In this document: piece after piece, positions 6,940 to 10,065 of the stretch
How the letters are laid out: each line of letters starts with the position of its first letter
How positions within the stretch are numbered: the stretch's first letter is position 1
Source: Thermodesulfobacteriota bacterium
GTDB lineage: Bacteria > Desulfobacterota_D > UBA1144
NCBI GenBank assembly: GCA_029246845.1
Contig: JAQWMJ010000052.1
Location: 1 to 10,065, forward strand
Length of the DNA stretch: 10,065 bases
Reading direction: 5' to 3'
The notes under the pieces: generated by a model
Told to the model about the DNA's origin: nothing
Databases searched by the model: none
What the model saw: the letters and a program-made list of their open reading frames with translations, nothing else
Position numbers and translations under genes: made by a program

Positions 6940-7786
6940 GAAGAACTCCATCAATAGTTTGCTTAATTAGCCAAGGTGGAGTTGAAGCACCTGCAGTAAT
7001 CCCTATAACTTTATTTTCTAAACACATATTTAAATCTTTAATCTCTTTGAATGTTTCAATTTGATAAGTATTTTTATTAACATGTTTACATATATCAGCA
7101 ATCTCTTTTGTGTTTGAACTATTTTTACCCCCAATCACAAACATAATGTCTACATCTTTAGCGATTTCTTTTGATTCAATTTGCTTGTTGTTTATATCAT
7201 CACACAAAGTATCAATTGCTTTTATATTAATCTTACTAAGTGACTTAAATATATCTACTACATCCCAGAAAAGCTCTTTAGGTATAGTGGTTTGTGCTAC
7301 GACACCAATTTTATTTCCTGGTATTTGATTTAAAATAAGCTCATTTTTATCTTTGATTACCATAACACTTTCATCTTTAGCGTAACTTTTTGCACCTATA
7401 ACCTCAGGATGCTTATTATTTCCAACTATAATAACAAAATAGCCATTGTCAGATAGATATTTCACAGCAAATTGTAATTTTTTAACTATTGGACAAGTCA
7501 TGTCAATAACGTTAATTTCTGATTCTTCTAAGTTTTTTTCTTGATAATTAGGTATCCCGTGGGCTCTTATAATTATTGTTCCTTTCTCATTTTTCTTTAT
7601 CTCATCGACTACAGACAAACCTTTTTTTTGTAAAATATCTACAACTTGTGGGTTGTGAATTAATGGGCCAAATGATTTTACATTTTTATTTGAATTTTCA
7701 TTTAAAACTTCTTCGGCAGTAGTAATTGCTTTCTCAACTCCAAAACAAACTCCAGCGCTATCTGAAATTATTAGCTTCTTAGGCAT
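6929..7786 (-). CDS. ispH: 4-hydroxy-3-methylbut-2-enyl diphosphate reductase (LytB, MEP pathway)
   Basis: AGVCFGV, IHNPQV, IRAHG, DMTCPIV, HPEV, QTT, third Cys in DTLC, GGKNSSNT and ITAGASTP. All three Fe-S Cys and the catalytic His/Glu are present. Confidence 0.96.
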   Translation of the reverse strand: MPKKLIISDSAGVCFGVEKAITTAEEVLNENSNKNVKSFGPLIHNPQVVDILQKKGLSVVDEIKKNEKGTIIIRAHGIPNYQEKNLEESEINVIDMTCPIVKKLQFAVKYLSDNGYFVIIVGNNKHPEVIGAKSYAKDESVMVIKDKNELILNQIPGNKIGVVAQTTIPKELFWDVVDIFKSLSKINIKAIDTLCDDINNKQIESKEIAKDVDIMFVIGGKNSSNTKEIADICKHVNKNTYQIETFKEIKDLNMCLENKVIGITAGASTPPWLIKQTIDGVLHAG

Positions 7787-8438
7787 TTTTTATCACCGAT
7801 TCGATTTTTAGAACTACCTCATTAACAGTCATACTACTTGTGTCTATTATAACAGCATCATCGGCAGGATGGAGAGGACAAGATTCTCTGGTCATATCTA
7901 ACCGATCTCTATCTTTTATTTCTTTTGAAACCCTTTCTTCGTTCATATTAATTCCTAATATTTCTTTTAATTGATTAGCTCTTCTTTTTGCTCTTATTTC
8001 TAAGTCAGCATCTAAATAAAACTTATGCTTAGCATCAGGAAAAACATAAGTCCCCATGTCTCTCCCTTCGGCAATGTAGTCTTTATTCTTAACTAACCTT
8101 CTTTGCATCTGTCTGAGTATTTTTCTAACAAAATCATTGGCAGCAAACTTAGAAGCTAAAGTTGATATTTCATTAGTTCTTATTTCTTCTGTAACATCGT
8201 CAGTATTTAGTAAAACTCTTTCGCTACCTTCTTCATCTGTAAATTGAATATGGAGATCTATTAGTATTTTTTTTAACTTACTTAAGTCTTTTTCTGTTAC
8301 ACCATTTAAGTCGGCAAAAAGGGCTAGGGCTCTATACATTGCACCAGAGTCCAAATATCTAAAGCCTAAAGATTTTGATATCGCCTTTGCTATCGTTCCT
8401 TTTCCTACACCTGCGGGACCATCAATTGTTATAATCAT
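7779..8438 (-). CDS. cmk: Cytidylate kinase
   Basis: ITIDGPAGVGKGT P-loop, LDSGAMYRA, AEGRDMGTYVFPDA, RAKRR and RD..D..R...PL..A.DA..IDTS. Start revised from 8501 to ATG 8438 (MIITIDG), 7 nt after the aroA stop. Confidence 0.97.
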   Translation of the reverse strand: MIITIDGPAGVGKGTIAKAISKSLGFRYLDSGAMYRALALFADLNGVTEKDLSKLKKILIDLHIQFTDEEGSERVLLNTDDVTEEIRTNEISTLASKFAANDFVRKILRQMQRRLVKNKDYIAEGRDMGTYVFPDAKHKFYLDADLEIRAKRRANQLKEILGINMNEERVSKEIKDRDRLDMTRESCPLHPADDAVIIDTSSMTVNEVVLKIESVIKNA

Positions 8439-8445
8439 AGAGCTA

Positions 8446-9750
8446 CTATTTCCTAAAATTATTAAGTGTCTCAAAGAAATTTGGGAATGATATAGAAACA
8501 CATTCTGGTTCTTTTATTGAGGTAAGACCCTTAGCTATTGTTCCTGCAATCGCAAGAGTCATTGCTATCCTGTGGTCCATATGGCTTTCGCAATTCGATC
8601 CCTTGAGGCTATCTTTTCCTTTAATTAAAATACCACTATCAGTTTCCTCTATATCGCTACCAAGTTTTTTTAACTCACTCACGGTAGTCTTTATTCGATC
8701 AGATTCCTTAAATCTTAGTTCACCTGCATCTAAAATCTCTGAGGTTCCTTCAGCTACAGAACAGGCAAGAGATAGAATGGGTATTTCGTCTATTACCAAT
8801 GGAATAGAATCCTTCTCGATCTTTATAGATTTTAATTTACTGCTTTTGACTAAAACATCACCGATTAATTCACCGCTTATTTCATGAGTATTTGAAGTCT
8901 CAATTTCTGCACCCATTTTTTTCAAAATTTCGATAAAATGAACCCTAGTACTGTTCAAGCAAACATTCTTTATGGTAAGTTCCGAATTTTTGTTTAATAG
9001 AGCAGCGACAATAAAGAAAGCTGCGGACGAAGGATCGCCAGGTATATCAAAAGATTCAATTTTTATCTTAGGCTCAGGTTGAATGATGATTTCATCATTT
9101 TCGATAGTTAAGTTGTTTGTGCATGATTTAAGCATTATTTCAGTATGATTTCTGGATTTCTTAATTTCTTTAAGTCTTGTCTCACCCTCAGCGCATAAGG
9201 CAGCAAAAATTAGTGCAGTTTTGACTTGAGCAGAACCTAATTCCAGATTGAGCTTCACTCCCTTCAGTTGAGAAGGAGAAATTGCTAGTGGCAAATTGCC
9301 TTCGGTAGACAATATCGATGCTCCCATTTTCTGAAGTGGCTCGATTACTCTACTCATTGGACGTGTTCTTAAAGAATCATCACCATCTAGTCTGGATTCA
9401 AAGCTTTGACCGCTTAAAAGACCCATCATAAGTCTTGCTGTTGTTCCTGAGTTACCACAATCTAATATCCCTTCTGATGCAACAAATTCCTTAGCACCTC
9501 TTCCACGAACAAAAATATTTCCTTTAACTTCTGCAAACTGTACACCTATATCAGCGAGACATTTTATTGTTGTCTGCAGATCACTAGCTATGGTTCTCAC
9601 ATCCTCGGACATAGCAAGATTAGATATCTTTGTCATGTCTTTATTGAGAGATGCTATAAACAGTGCCCTATGAGCAATAGATTTATCTGCAGGAACCTGC
9701 ATGTCCCCTTTGAAAAAATAGTCAGAACTTTTAATTTCAATTTTATCCAT
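8446..9750 (-). CDS. aroA: 3-phosphoshikimate 1-carboxyvinyltransferase (EPSP synthase), class II-like
   Basis: PADKSIAHRA, CGNSGTTARL, GDDSLRTRPM, SAQVK, SRNHTE, PGDPSSAAF, IDEIPIL, ELRFKESDRI and DHRIAM. SAQVK, NSTR and RNHTE resemble class II signatures. The TAG stop is followed by a second in-frame TAG. Confidence 0.98.
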   Translation of the reverse strand: MDKIEIKSSDYFFKGDMQVPADKSIAHRALFIASLNKDMTKISNLAMSEDVRTIASDLQTTIKCLADIGVQFAEVKGNIFVRGRGAKEFVASEGILDCGNSGTTARLMMGLLSGQSFESRLDGDDSLRTRPMSRVIEPLQKMGASILSTEGNLPLAISPSQLKGVKLNLELGSAQVKTALIFAALCAEGETRLKEIKKSRNHTEIMLKSCTNNLTIENDEIIIQPEPKIKIESFDIPGDPSSAAFFIVAALLNKNSELTIKNVCLNSTRVHFIEILKKMGAEIETSNTHEISGELIGDVLVKSSKLKSIKIEKDSIPLVIDEIPILSLACSVAEGTSEILDAGELRFKESDRIKTTVSELKKLGSDIEETDSGILIKGKDSLKGSNCESHMDHRIAMTLAIAGTIAKGLTSIKEPECVSISFPNFFETLNNFRK

Positions 9751-9786
9751 TTTTATCTCGTTACGTTATAATACCTAATATATCCT
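9751..9786. promoter_or_regulatory. 36-nt divergent promoter region between aroA and the DUF1152 gene
   Basis: Perfect TATAAT on + (9767-9772) overlaps TATTAT on - (9773-9768). A second + candidate, TAATAT (9776-9781), lies 5 nt before ATG 9787. No strong -35 boxes are visible. Confidence 0.5.
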
Positions 9787-10065
9787 ATGCTGAAATCTTT
9801 TTTAAAATATAAGAAAGCTCTGCTTGTTGGAATAGGCGGGGGAGCCGATGTTATTGGAACAATTCCAACGAAGCTCCACCTAGAGTCTTTTGGAATTAAA
9901 TGTGTTCTGGGTGGCATACCATGGGAAAGATATTCAATCGATCCATTTCCTGGTCCCCGACCTTTTGACCAAATAGTTAATGTTGCTAATATTAATGATA
10001 GCTTGTGTTGGGCAACGGAAAAAACTAAAACTCAAGATGGGCTATTCTTTAGTGAATCAAAAGCC
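9787..10065 (+). CDS. DUF1152 family protein of unknown function, 3'-truncated by the window edge (absent from the ORF track)
   Basis: Open frame from ATG 9787 to the window end: MLKSFLKYKKALLVGIGGGADVIGTIPTKLHLESFGIKCVLGGIPWERYSIDPFPGPRPFDQIVNVANINDSLCWATEKTKTQDGLFFSESKA. GIGGGxD and WERxxxDPxPGP match my recollection of DUF1152. Confidence 0.85.
   Translation, partial: MLKSFLKYKKALLVGIGGGADVIGTIPTKLHLESFGIKCVLGGIPWERYSIDPFPGPRPFDQIVNVANINDSLCWATEKTKTQDGLFFSESKA

Noticed and set aside
7110..7328. 72-aa plus-strand ORF
   Set aside because: Antisense shadow of ispH.
8439..8501. 21-codon N-terminal extension of cmk in the ORF track
   Set aside because: It overlaps the aroA 3' end and has no Cmk-like sequence; the family starts at MIITIDGP (ATG 8438).
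8603..8887. 94-aa plus-strand ORF
   Set aside because: Antisense shadow of aroA.
1..10065. CRISPR arrays, tRNA/rRNA, riboswitches, IS elements and recoded stop codons
   Set aside because: The longest non-coding gap is 76 nt and AT-rich; I saw no repeats, transposase motifs or interrupted genes, and all ORFs read normally with the standard bacterial code.

Overview
AT-rich (roughly one-third GC by eye), very compact bacterial core-genome window; only about 141 of 10065 nt lie outside the genes called. In order: a 5'-truncated sodium:solute symporter (+), converging on an A-type Fe-S carrier erpA/iscA (-); a divergent Xaa-Pro peptidase (M24B) - mazG pair (+); a tightly coupled minus-strand operon aroA-cmk-ispH-sppA-lapA-lipA-apgM; and the 5' part of a divergent DUF1152-family gene that the ORF track missed. 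The gene order resembles the Desulfobacterota/deltaproteobacterial aroA-cmk-ispH-rpsA-sppA-ihfB-lapA cluster, but rpsA and ihfB are absent. Gene order and compactness suggest a streamlined marine lineage such as Ca. Dadabacteria (inference). I see no mobile element, CRISPR, RNA gene or defence system, and no convincing novel system. The most interesting signals are -10 boxes 5-7 nt upstream of SD-less ATGs (candidate leaderless mRNAs) next to an operon lacking rpsA, three genes of families common in archaea, and small motif deviations or insertions in AroA, IspH and LipA.
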